In this document: one piece after another, positions 37,876-50,800 of the stretch | Layout of the letters: every line of letters starts with the position of its first letter | Numbering within the stretch: the first letter of the stretch is position 1 | NCBI GenBank assembly: GCA_013239625.1 | Contig: MU054187.1 | Coordinates: 24,678,433 to 24,742,432 of the forward strand | Direction: 5' to 3' | From: Lama guanicoe | Lineage: Eukaryota | DNA length: 64,000 bases | The notes under the pieces: model-generated | What the model saw: only the letters and a program-made list of their open reading frames with translations | Database searches by the model: none | Told to the model about the DNA's origin: nothing | Position numbers and translations under genes: made by a program

Positions 37876-38908
37876 GAACATAAAAGGGGATCGAGTTATG
37901 CCAGAGGAAATAGCTCGCTACTATAAACACTACGTAAAAGTCATGGGTCTTCAGAAGAATTTCAGAGAGAATACTTACATTACATCTGTATCAAGACTCT
38001 ACAGAGATCAAATTGATAATGATGGTCAAGACAGAGATATTTCAACGCAGCCTTTACAGATAGAGAAGTCGAAATTTATCAAGAGAAACTGGGAAATCAG
38101 GGGTTATCAGCGAACAGCCGATGGTTCCCCTGTTCCCTTCTGTCTCTTTGCTGAAAATGTAGCGCTGGCAACTGGATCGTTGGATTCTCCTGGCCGTCTG
38201 GAAATTGAAGGGGAAGATTTTCCTTTTGTGTTTCATTCAATGCCTGAATTTGGAGCTGCTATAAGCAAAGGAAAGTTGCGTGGGAAAGTGGACCCAGTGC
38301 TGATTGTGGGTTCTGGGCTGACTGCAGCTGATGCCGTGCTCTGTGCTTACAATAATAATGTCCCTGTGATTCATGTATTTCGTAAAAGAGTAACTGACCC
38401 AAGCTTAATTTTCAAACAGCTTCCCAAAAAGCTTTATCCAGAGTACCATAAAGTCTATCATATGATGTGTACTCAGTCGTATTCCTTACACTCACGTCTG
38501 TTACCTGATTATACCAGTTTTCCTGAGCACCATGTGCTTTCCTTTAAGTCGGACCTGAAATGCATTCTTCAAAGCATCTCTGGATTGAAGAAAATATTTA
38601 AGCTCTCTGCAGCAGTAGTGTTGATAGGTTCTCATCCCAATCTTTCTTTTCTGAAGGAGCAAGGGTGTTACCTGGGCCACAACTCAAGCCAGCCAATCAC
38701 ATGTAAGGGTAATCCTGTGGAAATAGATGCATATACCTACGAGTGCGTTAAAGAAGCCAACCTTTTTGCATTGGGTCCTTTGGTTGGAGACAATTTTGTT
38801 CGATTTTTAAAGGGAGGAGCATTGGGTGTTACACGCTGTTTAGCTACAAGACAGAAGAAAAAGCAGCATTTGTTTGTTGAAAGAGGAAGAGGAGATGGGA
38901 TAGCTTAA
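37876..38908 (+). CDS. OSGIN2: OSGIN2 terminal coding exon 6. The spliced CDS is 1653 nt (550 aa), a flavoprotein/oxidoreductase-like protein.
   Basis: TAG acceptor at 37874-37875 and an open frame NIKGDRVMPEEIARYYKHY...LIVGSGLTAAD...GPLVGDNFVRFLKGG...GDGIA*. The six exons sum to 551 codons. Confidence 0.97.
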
Positions 38909-39269
38909 AGCAAGTTTACAAACAATTTATATGGACACTTTACAATTAAAATTTTTTAATAGTGGTTTTACAGTGCACTGGCTTGAATTTTCTGAACTTG
39001 AATTAACTGGGAGAGAGCCTCAAGGTATAGTAACTATTTTTTAAAGTTACCAGAACTTGGTGTCCTGATTTACATTGTAATGTATCAGAGGTGTCGCTGT
39101 CAGACAGACAGAAACACTGCCAGTTTGGTGTAACCTCAATGTCTCACTTAACTAAAACGTTCTTTTCTTCTGACTTATTTTTTGTAATCATTTTTTGGTT
39201 ATTTATGCTTGATTCCAAAATATCACAGCATTGAATCTATAAAACCAGTCATCAGGCCAGAAATTGTCC

Positions 39270-39433
39270 TCATTATGTGCTGGGCCACCTTGCTGCTCAG
39301 AAGATGGCCCATTTATAGCTGTTAGAAAGGTAGACTCTCAGGCCCCACAACAGACGTACTGAATCAGAAACTGCATCTTGCTAACATCCTCAAGGAATAT
39401 GTATGCTTATTAAAGTTTGAGACACACTGGTCT
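39270..39433. mobile_element. MER5A-like element in the OSGIN2 3' UTR
   Basis: ctcaggccccacaacagacgtactgaatcagaaactgca...taaagtttgagacacactggtct. Confidence 0.7.
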
Positions 39434-40680
39434 GAAGCAAATGGGATGTGAAGGTATGTATGCTGAGAGTGGGGTGGGAACAGGAGGCGTATACAACTCA
39501 GGTTTTATTTATTTTGAAATTATCAATTGTATAAATCTAATTTATTAGCAAATATGATGGGCTTTGAAGATTTTTTTATTGTTGAAGCCTCAACATATTC
39601 TCAGCTTCTAATTTAAACAGTCCAATAATGTTGGCATATCCTTAGACATCCAGGAACCTACCACAATACTACTTGGAGATGCATTCTCTATTTAACTAGC
39701 ATAACACTTCAACTAATTTGCAGTTCAATAAATTTTGAATGGAACTACTTATTTCTGTGTGAACACTGAGTTAATGTCTGTCACTGAAACTTAAGCTATT
39801 TGGGTAAAAGTACTTACAATATTGGAATACTATTCGAGTAATACCAGAATTATTAAAGCTTAAAATTGTGAAAAGGTTTAAACCTGTCTTTTCCATTCCC
39901 AAGATGATTACTTTGAAATTTGTTCATTTGAGATGACATAGCATTTAATCCTATGGTTATTTATTGAACTATATGCTCTATTGTGGTTTTTATTGAGGTA
40001 TGCTCAATGTCTGTATTTTTCATACAAAACCCCAGAAATGTACTGTTAGGAAAAAAAAAAAAAAGCTGCTTCTGAAGTTCTCCATGGCAGATATTGAATT
40101 TCTTAGTCTTTTTCTCTCGGCAAAATTTACTTCATCTGGAATGTGTTTAGTGAAAGTCTATATTTTTTCTTAGTATTAAAAAAAATGGACTAAAAACGTC
40201 AGTATTTTTCTGTCCATGTTTGCAGTGTTAATGCTTACAGAATCGTAATTCACTTTAAAATATAATTATTTGGAATAGACTTGTACAACTAGCTGTTTCA
40301 GATGAATTCTACTCTTGATAACTCTTGTCATGTTCTGATTACCTTGATTTGAGAAATGACATACTGTTTTTATGATGATAACTTTTCAAATTAATTTCAT
40401 ACCTACTGAAATAGTGTAATATCCTGTGACTGCATCGAGCACTTCCTTGTTTGCCTGTTCTTTTGAGCTCTGAATGAGTTGGAGTGGATATATTTCTTAA
40501 TATCACTTCTAAATTGAAAATGATAGTTATAACAATGGTTTCTACGGAAGGATAAGAAATGTAGACATACTCTTGTTTCTCAGAGGTTTGTTTTTACCCA
40601 ACCAATAGCATTTTTGTGATGAAAGCATTTGCCAAAAAAAAGAAAAGAAAAAGAAGAAAGGAAAAAAAGACTTCAGAGGA

Positions 40681-40709
40681 AATAAAGCTTCACTAGGGCC
40701 CTAAATAAA
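40681..40709 (+). terminator. OSGIN2: Candidate OSGIN2 polyadenylation signals
   Basis: AATAAA at 40681-40686 and 40704-40709, about 1.8 kb after the stop. Other candidates are AATAAA at 39727 and ATTAAA at 40793. Confidence 0.5.
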
Positions 40710-42472
40710 GCTGGTGAATAATTTCATTTCTAGTAAAACCTCCCATTTCTCAATTCTCCCTCAAACCTAAGCTGCCCTGTGTTGCATGCAACATTAAAGC
40801 CTTTTGTAACACACTCTTGTACTCTTAAGTTCATCAGCTTATGTACCATAATTCCAAATCCCTCATTATTCATCAGTATCAGCTATGTATCTGGGGAGGG
40901 AGGAGAGCACTAAATACTTTGACTAGTCATGCCATGACGTGGTCTCCTTCATCCCTCAAAAGTCTAGCTCTTGAAAACAATGAAAAACCAGAATCTTGGG
41001 GGTTTTTGAAAGTAATACAAATAAGACTTAATCACAGCTCTGTGTTTTAGGCAGTCTGAATATGTGAACTTTGTTCAATTCACTTTTTTTTTTAAAGTAA
41101 AAAGAAAGCCAGGCATTTAACTGAGACCTGAAATAGGCCAAGCCTTGGGAGTACAGTTACTATAAATCCACATTACCATAAAACCAGCCCTTAATAGGGT
41201 CCTGCTGATTTGCTGGTAAATTAACTGCCTGCCACCACAGAACTTTGCACTTAAGGAAGACAACAAAATCCAGATTCAGCAACATCACAGCATGCACAAT
41301 ATGCCACATGCAATAAAAAATTACTAAGTGTGAAGACAAGAAAATGTGACCTAGGAAAGAAAAGTATTCAAAAAAGATACAGTTGACACATCACAAATAG
41401 GAGGGCACTTTAAAAATTACTCTATAAATACGTTCAAAATACTAAAGGAAAAGATTTACAGTGAGTGAATAGGTGGTGACTCTCAGAAGAAAAATTAAAA
41501 AAAAATACATTCTGAAATGAAAAACTCACTAGATGGGCATAAGAATGTACAAGACACTGCAAGAGAAACTGCAGTGAAGTAGAGGACAGGTTAACTGGAA
41601 CTATTCAAACTAAAGCACAGGCAAAAGAATTTAAAAGACGGACATAGGGTAAATAACAAGAGGGCTAACAGGTACAGCCGGCATCCTGAAGAGAAACGAG
41701 AAAATAAACGTGGAGAAATAAAAGTTGAAAAATTTACAAGTTGGATTTAAAAAATAAAAAGCAACCCACAGATCCAAGAAACTCAAACTGCAAACAGCAT
41801 AAATACAAAGGAAACCACACGTAGGCACATCATAATCCAATTGCTGAAAAAAAGATGAGAAATGTTAAAAAGCAGTCAGTTTGGCAGATACAGTGAATGA
41901 TAAGAATGAAAAACTTAGAACGAATGTAATGAAGACAGTGGAATGATGTCTTTAAAGTGCTAAATAAAAAAAAAAAACCTGTTAAGCTAAAATTCTATAT
42001 CCAGTGAAAATACCCTATAATGAAAGGGAGGAAATTTGACCCCAGGAGATACGCACTGTAAGAAATGTTAAAGTTCTTCACATTGTAGGTACTTGATACC
42101 TAGTGAAACATGTATCTATCTGATGAAGGAAAGAAGGGCAATTTTAAAATTATTTTTCTAATTCCTTAAATTACTTAAAATCCAATTGGTCTTTTTTTCC
42201 CCTAGTTGACTGTTGGAAAGAAAATTGTTTAACCAGAAAAATTTAAAGGCAGAAATTGAAACCAAGTTTTCAGACAGACAGAAGTAAAATGTATGGTAAC
42301 TAAAGAGAGTGGGCTGAGTGGAAGTACACACTTTTATAAGATGTATACATTACATGGGAAGTGGAATGTTATTTAAGGTGGACTGCAATAAATGCATATC
42401 CTCAAAACTAAAAATTTCTGAAGTGTAGCTATAAAGTCAATAGAGGCAATAAAGTGGAATACCAAAATGTTT

Positions 42473-44442
42473 CTTTTTTTCTAGGTGTGCAACACAGTGG
42501 TTGGGTATTTCTGTGTATTACAAAATGATAAGCACAGTAAGTCTAGTTAGCTTCTGTCACCATACAAAGATGCTACAGTATTACTGGTTATACTCCCCAT
42601 GCTGTCCATCCCATCCCCTTGACTCAGTTTATTTTGTAACTGGAAGTTTGTACCACTTAACCGTCCTCATTTATTTCACTCATCCCCCACCCACACACTG
42701 TGGGAATGACCTGTTTGTTTCCTGTAGCTAGGAACCTGTATCTATTTTATTATGTTTGTTCGTGTTTTTTTAAGTCTTACATATAAGTCAAATCATAGTA
42801 TTTGTCTCTCTGACTTCTTCATGTAGTAAAATACCCTCTAAGTCTATCCATGTTGTTACAAAAGGCAAGATTTCATTCTTTTTTAAGGCTGAGTAATATT
42901 CCTATATTTTTGACATTTTAATTTTGTCTTTGGTGTTGCTTTGGCTTGATCTTTTTGGGGACTCTCTGTGCTTTCTGGACCGGGATATCTGTTTCCTTTC
43001 TCAGGTTAGGGAAGTTTTCAGTGATTGTGTCCTCAGATCTAAGTTCTCTACCCCTTTCTCTTACTGTTCTTGTGGGATCCCTGTAATGTGAATGTTAGTA
43101 CACTCCATGTTGTCCCAGAGGTCTCCTAAACTGACCTCAGTTTTTAAAATTTTTTCTTCTCCTTAGCTTGTATGATTCCCACTACTCCTGATCCATTCCT
43201 CTGTGTCATCTGTTCTGTTGATTCCTTGTAGTGTATTTTTTATTTTAGTTACTGTATTCTTCAGTTGTTTGGTTCCCCTTTTTCTAATCATTGAACTTCT
43301 CCCAGTGTTCACCCATTCTTCTCCTGAGTTCACTGAGCATCTTTATGGTGACTGCCCCGAACTCTTTATCAGGTAGATAATGCTTATCTCCACTTTGTTA
43401 GTTTTTCTTCCAGAGTTTTATCTTATCCCTTCATTTGGAACATACTGGTCTGTCACCACTTTCTGTCTAATTCTGTTTTTGTTTCTGTGTATTGGGTTGG
43501 TTACATTTCCAGATATTGGAGAAGTGGCCCCTTATGCATGGGGCCCAGCAGCATACTCCCCGCTGGTCACCAGAGCTATATCCTCTGGGGGTGCCACCCA
43601 TGGGGGCTGCATGGGCCCTTTTGTTGCAGCAGGGCTAACTAGTGTATGCATGCAGATAGGTGGGGCTGGACCCTTGTTTGATTGGCTGCCAAGCCTGAGA
43701 GAGTCCCAGGGCTGGTGTCACCCAACCGGTGGGCAGGGCTGTGTCCCCATACAGCTGGTTGCTTGTCCTGGGGAATCCTGACACTGGCACCAACTGGCTC
43801 AGGAATGAGGAGGTCCCCAGTGCTAATAAGCTAGAGAGAAGACTCCAGAATGGCCTTTGGCAGCACCAGTGTCCCCCAGATGGCTGCTGCCAGCATCGAG
43901 GTCTTCAACGGAAGTCCTTGTTCCCTGCTACTTCTCATGGAGTCTCTCCAAAATCAGCGAGTCTGTCCTGGGCTTTCAAATCACTGCCTCTGTGCTGGTT
44001 CTCAGTGTGTGACATGTACCCTATAAGAGCCAAGTCTCTGTTTTCCTACATCCTCTGGCTCTCCCATACGCAAGCCCCACTAGCCTCCAAAGTCAAGATG
44101 TTTTGGGGGCTCATCCTCCCAGAGTAGGGCCTCCTGGGCTGGGGAGCCCACCGTGGGGCTTGGACTCCTCACTCCTCAAGAAAAACCTCTGCAATGTGAT
44201 TATCCTTTTTGTGGGTCACCTACAACTGGGGATGTGAAGGGATGTCTTGACTGCACCACATCTCTGGCTCTCCTACCTGTTTCATGGTGGTTCCTTCTTT
44301 ATATTTTTAGTTGTGCAAGTTCTCTTCTGCTGGTCTTAAGACATTTCATCAACAGTCGCTCTGGACATAGATGTAATTTTGGTGTGCCCACGGGAGATGT
44401 CATCAGGTCGTCCTGCTCTGCCATCTTGGCCACTCCCTCCCC
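42473..44442 (-). mobile_element. Internally deleted L1: 5' UTR plus partial ORF1 joined to the 3' end
   Basis: L1 start GGCCAAGATGGCAGAGCAGGA at about 44430. ORF1-like sequence runs to about 42903, then ORF2-end/3' UTR (GGAATATTACTCAGCC). Degenerate TSD ccaaaatgttt/ccaaatattt. Confidence 0.7.
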
Positions 44443-44829
44443 CCAAATATTTGATCAACAAAGGCAGAAAAGGAAGGGGGAAAAAAAAACCAGATGTGCC
44501 AAGGAGAAAAAAGCATAATGGCAGACTTAACCCCACCATGTAAATAATTACATAAGTGGATTAAGCACCACCAATTTAAAGATCAGTATCATCGTACTAG
44601 GAGAAAAACAAACTTCAGCAGCATAGTATTTACAAGAGACTCATGAAAATACAGATATTGATAAGACTGTAAGTAAAAAGATGTAGCATATAAACATTGA
44701 AGGGAAAGACTTCAAGACAAAATCCTACTAGAGACAGAGAAAGGTTTGGTAAGAAAAACTTTAGGAAACCCAGAAGACATACCAATATTAAGCATATACA
44801 CATCTAATTTGAGTTTCAAGATACATGAA

Positions 44830-47800
44830 AAGTTCTGCTCTAAGATGGCCACACTGAAGGCTTCTGAATTTACCTCCTTCAGTAGACACACTGAATCTAC
44901 AGCTACACATAGAACAATTCCCTCCGAAAGAAATCCAGAAATTAGCTGTTACTCCTACATATCCAGTGAACTAGGAAAAAAAAAAAACTCAAAAGTGGTA
45001 GAGAGGCTGAGAAACCCTCTTGCCGGGAATCCTACCTCTGGCACTGTGACATCAAAAAGGAACTCCCAACTCTTCTCTGAGATGTAAAGGGTTTGGACCC
45101 AAAATCAAACACCCTAACGTGATTTCCACCTGAGGCGCAGGCCCCAAACACCCATCTCTGAAAGCCAAACGGGACGAGGGCCCGCAGGCCCACAGGACTA
45201 GAGCCACAGGACACCGTTCTTAGCTGCCTTGTGCTTGCTGTGGCCACCCCGTCAGGGCGCAGCACAGAGGCGGCAGGCAAAAGCGCCCATCTCCCAGTCT
45301 TCCTCTCAGAGACGCTTGTTTGTGGATCTTAAAGCTGCAGCCCGAGGGTCGGATTCCTAATGTCGCTCTCACCTGTGGAGGGACTACTGCCCGCGAGGGA
45401 GACCAGCAGGTATTCCGTTTGCATTGCCCCCCTGCCCGGCTGCGGGTCACTGGTGGCTCCCCCAGAACTCTGGTGCGCGTGTCTGGTGCCCTAGAGGACA
45501 CACTCCTTGACAGCCTGGCCCTGGTAGTCAGCTGGGCTTGTGTTCACAGGTTCAACGGGACTGTCGCAAACGAAGAGATGGTTCTTAACCAGCTCTCCCC
45601 TGGGGATCAGTGTAGAGGCATCACGCAGAAACGCTCTTCTCTCAGTCGTCCCGTGAAAGAAGTGCAATGCACATCTTAGAAGCTGCAGCCTTAGGGTCAG
45701 GCTTCTAATTTAGCCCATATCCAGGTGGACACTGTGTCCTCCCCAGGGATCAGGGAAGCTAGCAGACACTGTATCTGCATTCTCCCTGTAGCCAAACCCA
45801 AATCATCAATATCTCACTAGAAGGAGTTTGTATTCACAGGCCACAGAGGTTCACAGCTAAAAAGAAGCAGTTAACTGGCTATCCCCCAGGGCTCAGTGCA
45901 GAAGAGACAGACAAAAACCCAGGGCTCAGTGCAGAAGAGACAGAAACTCCCAGGCCACCATGCAAGAGACCTATTTGAATACTTTAAAAGCTGCTGCCCG
46001 AGGGTCCCGCTTCTAATCAGCCTGTGTCTAGTGCTGACTGAGATCTTCTCCTTTGGGATACTTACAGAAGTTGGCACACCCTCAACTACTGGGCGCCACT
46101 AAGAACAAACTGGGTGGCTTGGATGATAACAAAGGTTTGACAGACAACTAAGAGTCAGGGCCTGGCAGAACGAAAAGGTCTACCTCATACATGAGACCCC
46201 TCCATCAAGACGGGGAGAGGTGGCTACATTACCTAATACACAGAAACCGACACAGAGTAAGGAAGATGAAGAAACAGAGGAATATGTTCCAAACCAAAGA
46301 ACAAGATAAAAATCCAGAAGCAGGTAAGTAGAGATTAATTTAATTAGCTGGCAAAGAGTTCAAAATAATAGCCATAAAGATGACTACTAACATCAGAACA
46401 ATGCATAAAAAGTGAGTATTTCAACAAAGAAAAGTTTAAAATCGGTATCACAGAACTGAAGAAAAGAAAACAGAACTGAAAAATTCAATACAGGGGTTCA
46501 ACGGAGGACTAGATGCAGTGGGAGAAGGGATCAGCAAACTTAAAGACAGGGCAGCAGAATTCATCTAATCAGAGAATTAAAAAGAAAAAGGAATGAAGAA
46601 GAGTAAATACAGCTTAAAAAACAAAAAAGATGCCATTAATTGGCACTATAGGGTTTTCAAAAGGAGACGAGAGAGGGAAAAGGGAAGAAAGCCTATTAAA
46701 AGCATAGCTGAAAACATCCATCTAACCTGTGGAAAGAAACAGACATTCAGATCCTGGAAGAATGAAGAGTTCCAAACAAGAAGAACCCCAAACTGTCAAC
46801 AATTAAAGACAGAGAATCTTGAAAGCAGAATGAGAAAATCAACTTGTTACTTATAAGTGAACCCCCATAGAAGTATCAGATTAGTCAGCATAAACATGGC
46901 AGGCCAGAAGGGAATGGAATGATATATTCACATTGCGGACAATACGAAACCTTCCCAAGCAAGAATCCTCTACCCAGCAACACCGCCCTTCAGAATCGAA
47001 GGAGAGGTGGAGCGTTCCAGGCAGCAACAGCTAAAGGAGTTTGTCACCACTCCGCCGGCCTTACAGGAAAAGTTACAGGGACTCTTCAAGCTGAAAAGAA
47101 AGATGCTACTTAGTAACAGGAAAACATGAAAATATAAACCTCACAGGTAAAGGTAAATATACAGTTAAATTTAGAAAAGTGTAATGGTGATGGGTAAATA
47201 CTTATAAGTCTAATATAAAGACTGTAAGACAAAAGTAGAAAAATAATTATATAGCTACAAGAATTTATCAATGTTGACATAAGGTAAAGGGATGTAAATT
47301 GTGCTATCAAAAACATAAAATGTGGGGGTGTGAAGGGTTAAAATGCAGACATTAGTAAGCATTCAAAGCTGTTACCAGTGTAAAACAGACTGGTGTAACT
47401 CTAAGATGTTATACGTAATGTTATATGTATGCCTCGTCGGAACCACAAAGTAAAAGCCTACAGTACATGCACAAAAGACAAAGGAATCTAAACATATCAT
47501 TTCAGAAAATCTTCAAAATCACAAAGGAAGAAAACAAGATTAAAAGAAAGGTACAAACGAATTACAAAACGATTTACAGAAATTAGCCAGAAAACAACAA
47601 AATGGCAACAGTAAGTTCACACCTATCCAGTTACTTCAAATGTAAAAGGACAATAAATTCTCCAGTAAAAAAAGACACAGTGGCTGAATGGATAAACAAA
47701 CAAACGAGTCCAAAGTCTATGCTGCCTACAAGAGACTCACATTAGCTTTCAGAATACAAATTAAAAGTGAAGAGATGAAAAAGATATTCCATGTAAATGA

Positions 47801-50800
47801 AAATGAAAAGAAAGCAGAAGTAGTTATCCTTAGACAAAACATACTTCTAGCCTAAGAGTATAATACAAGACGAAGACAGTCATTATATTATATTAAGGGT
47901 CTATCCAACAAGAGGCTACAACAAGTGTAAATATTTACCCACTCAATACAGTATCACCTAAACCTGTAAGCAAATATTAACAGAGTTGAAGGAAGAAATA
48001 AACAGTAATACAGTAACAGAATACCCCACTATGATAAACAATCACAATTAACACTAAGGAGACTGAATCAATAATCAAAAAACCTCCCGCAAGAGAAAAC
48101 CCAGGTCTAGATGGCTTCACTGATGAGTTCCACAAAACACTTAAGGGATAATTAATACCAATCCTTCTCAAATTCTGCCAAAAATTTGAAGAGGAGGAAA
48201 CACTTCCAACCTCATTTTATGAAGCCATTACCCCGATTCCAAAACTAGAAACGGCTACTACAGGACAATAAAATGACTGGCTTATATTCCTGATGAACAC
48301 AGATGCAAAAACCCTCAACAAAGTATCAGCAAACCACATTTAACAATACATTAAAAGGATCATACACCATGATCAAGTGGGATTTATTCCAGGAATGAAT
48401 GCAGCGATGGTTCGACAAGTGGTTCTGCAAATCAATGTGGCACAACGCTTTAAGAAAATGAAGAAAAATCATAGGATCATCTCAACCGATGCAGAAAAAG
48501 CCATCTGACAAAACTGAACATCCATTTATGATAAAAACTCTCAATAAAGTGAGTACAGAGTGCACATACCTCAACATAATAAAGGCCATATATTACAAGC
48601 CCCCAACATAATACTCAAAAGTAAAAAGCCAAAAGCTTTTCCTCTAAGGTAACAAAAAAACCCAGTAAAGCCCACTTTAACCACAGCTATTCAGCAGAGT
48701 ACTGGAGTCACAGCTAGAGCAACGTGGCAAGAAAAAGAATAAAGGCTCCCAAGACTGGACAGAACGGTGAAGTACACAGACCTTACGCTCACCTCCTCTC
48801 ATGAGCACACCAAAATGACGATGACCTTCAGAACCACCATGGATGGAAATGCTTGGAACTTACCAGAAAAGACCTTCTACAATGAAAGATACAAAAAAAA
48901 AAAGGAACCACAACAAGACAGGTTGGAGGAGCGGACTCATGTTATAATCAAGTCCCATATCCGGAGGTGGTGACCCATAAACTGGAGAATAATTATATTG
49001 CAGAGGTTTTCCCACAGGAATGAGAGCTCCACGCTGAGCTCCACGCTGGACTCCCTAGCCCAGGGGTCCTGCATCCGGAAGACGAGCTGCCAACAGCATT
49101 TGGCTTTGAGGGTGAGTGGGGCTTAATTTTGGGAGTCCCAAATGACTGGGGGAAATAGAGACCTCCTACTTAAAGGGCACACACCAAACCTCACATACAC
49201 TGGGACCCAGGGATACAGCAATAATCTGATAGAAGCCTGGACCAGACCTACCTACTGGTCTTGGAGTCTCACAGAGGTAGGGGGCAGCTATGGCTTCACC
49301 ATACTAAGTGAAGTAAGTCAGACAGAAAAAGACAAATATCATATGATATCACTTATATGTGGACTCTAAAAAATACAGCAAATTATTTTTAAAAAGTACA
49401 AAAGGTTAGTTAAAAGAGAAACAAATAAACAAACAAAAAATAACCACGAAAATAAATAAAAGGCTCCAAATCAGAAAAAAAAAAGTAAAAGTTCTTCTAT
49501 TTTCAGATGACAGGATGTACATTGACAACCCTCAAGACTTCCCAAAAACAAAACAAAACAAAACAACTTGTTAGAGTCAAAAAATGAGTTCAGTAAAGTT
49601 GCAGGATATAAAATCAATATACAAAAATCAGTTGCATTTCTATACACCAAAAACAAACTACCAGAAAGAGAAATTTTAGAAAAGGAATCCAAATTACAAA
49701 GTAGTATCAAAAACAAAAAAACCCAAACCACTTAGGAATAAATTCAACCAAGAAGGTGAAAGATTTGTACACTGAAAACTGTCAGACACTGATAGTATAG
49801 AAGACACAAATAAATGGAAAGATATTCTGTGCCCTTGGGCTGCAACAGTTAATACTGTTAAATATCCATCCTACCCAAAACAATGTAGAGAATCAGTGAA
49901 ATCCTTATCAAAATTCCAATGGCATTTTTCACAAAAATAGAACAATTGTAAAAATTTTATGGACTCAAAAAACCTTAAAAAGCAGAAAGAGTCTTGAGAA
50001 AGAAGAACAAAGCTAGAGGCAGCAGACTTCTTGATTTCAAAGTATATTACAAAGCTGTATCAATCAAAACAGTACAGTACTGGCATAAAAAGACATACAG
50101 GTCATCGATAATAGAGAGCCCAGAAATAAGGCCAGGAATTCATGGTCAGTTAATTTTTGACAAAAGATCCTTGAATATACAATGGGGAAAGGATACTCTC
50201 TTTAATAAATGGTGTTGGGAAAACCGGACAGCCAAATGCAAACAACTGAAACTGAACCATTATCTTACACCATATAAATAAAATCAATGCAAAATGGACT
50301 AAAGATTTGAACGTAATACTTGAAAGCATACAATTCCTAGAAGAAACCATAGGAAGTAAGCTCCTTGACATAGGTAATGGAAATGATTTTTCTGGATTTG
50401 ACAAGGGCAAAGGCAATAAAAGGAAAATAAACAAATGGGCCTACACCAAACTGAAAACGTCCTGCAGATCAAAGGAAACCATCAACAAAATGAAAAGGTA
50501 ACCAAGGGAATGGGAGAAAATATTTGCAAACTAAGTATCTGGTAAGGGGTTAATATTCCAAAATACATAAAGAACTCAATAGCAAAAGTCAAACGATTCA
50601 ATTAATAAATGGGCAGAGGAACTGAATAGACGTTTCTCCAAAGACATACAGATGGCCAACAAGTACATGAAAAAGTGGTCACCATCACTCATCATCAGGG
50701 AAATAAAATCAAAAGCGCAATGACACATCACCTCACACCTGTTAGAATGGCTGTCATCAAAAATGTAAGAGATAACAAGTGTTGGCGAGGACGTGGATAA

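Noticed and set aside
37898..38908. 336-aa ORF as a standalone gene
   Set aside because: It is the terminal OSGIN2 exon. The frame is open from the acceptor at 37876.
40634..40668. A-rich tract as a retro-insertion tail or true mRNA end
   Set aside because: There is no TSD or element body. It is a simple repeat and a likely oligo-dT internal-priming site.
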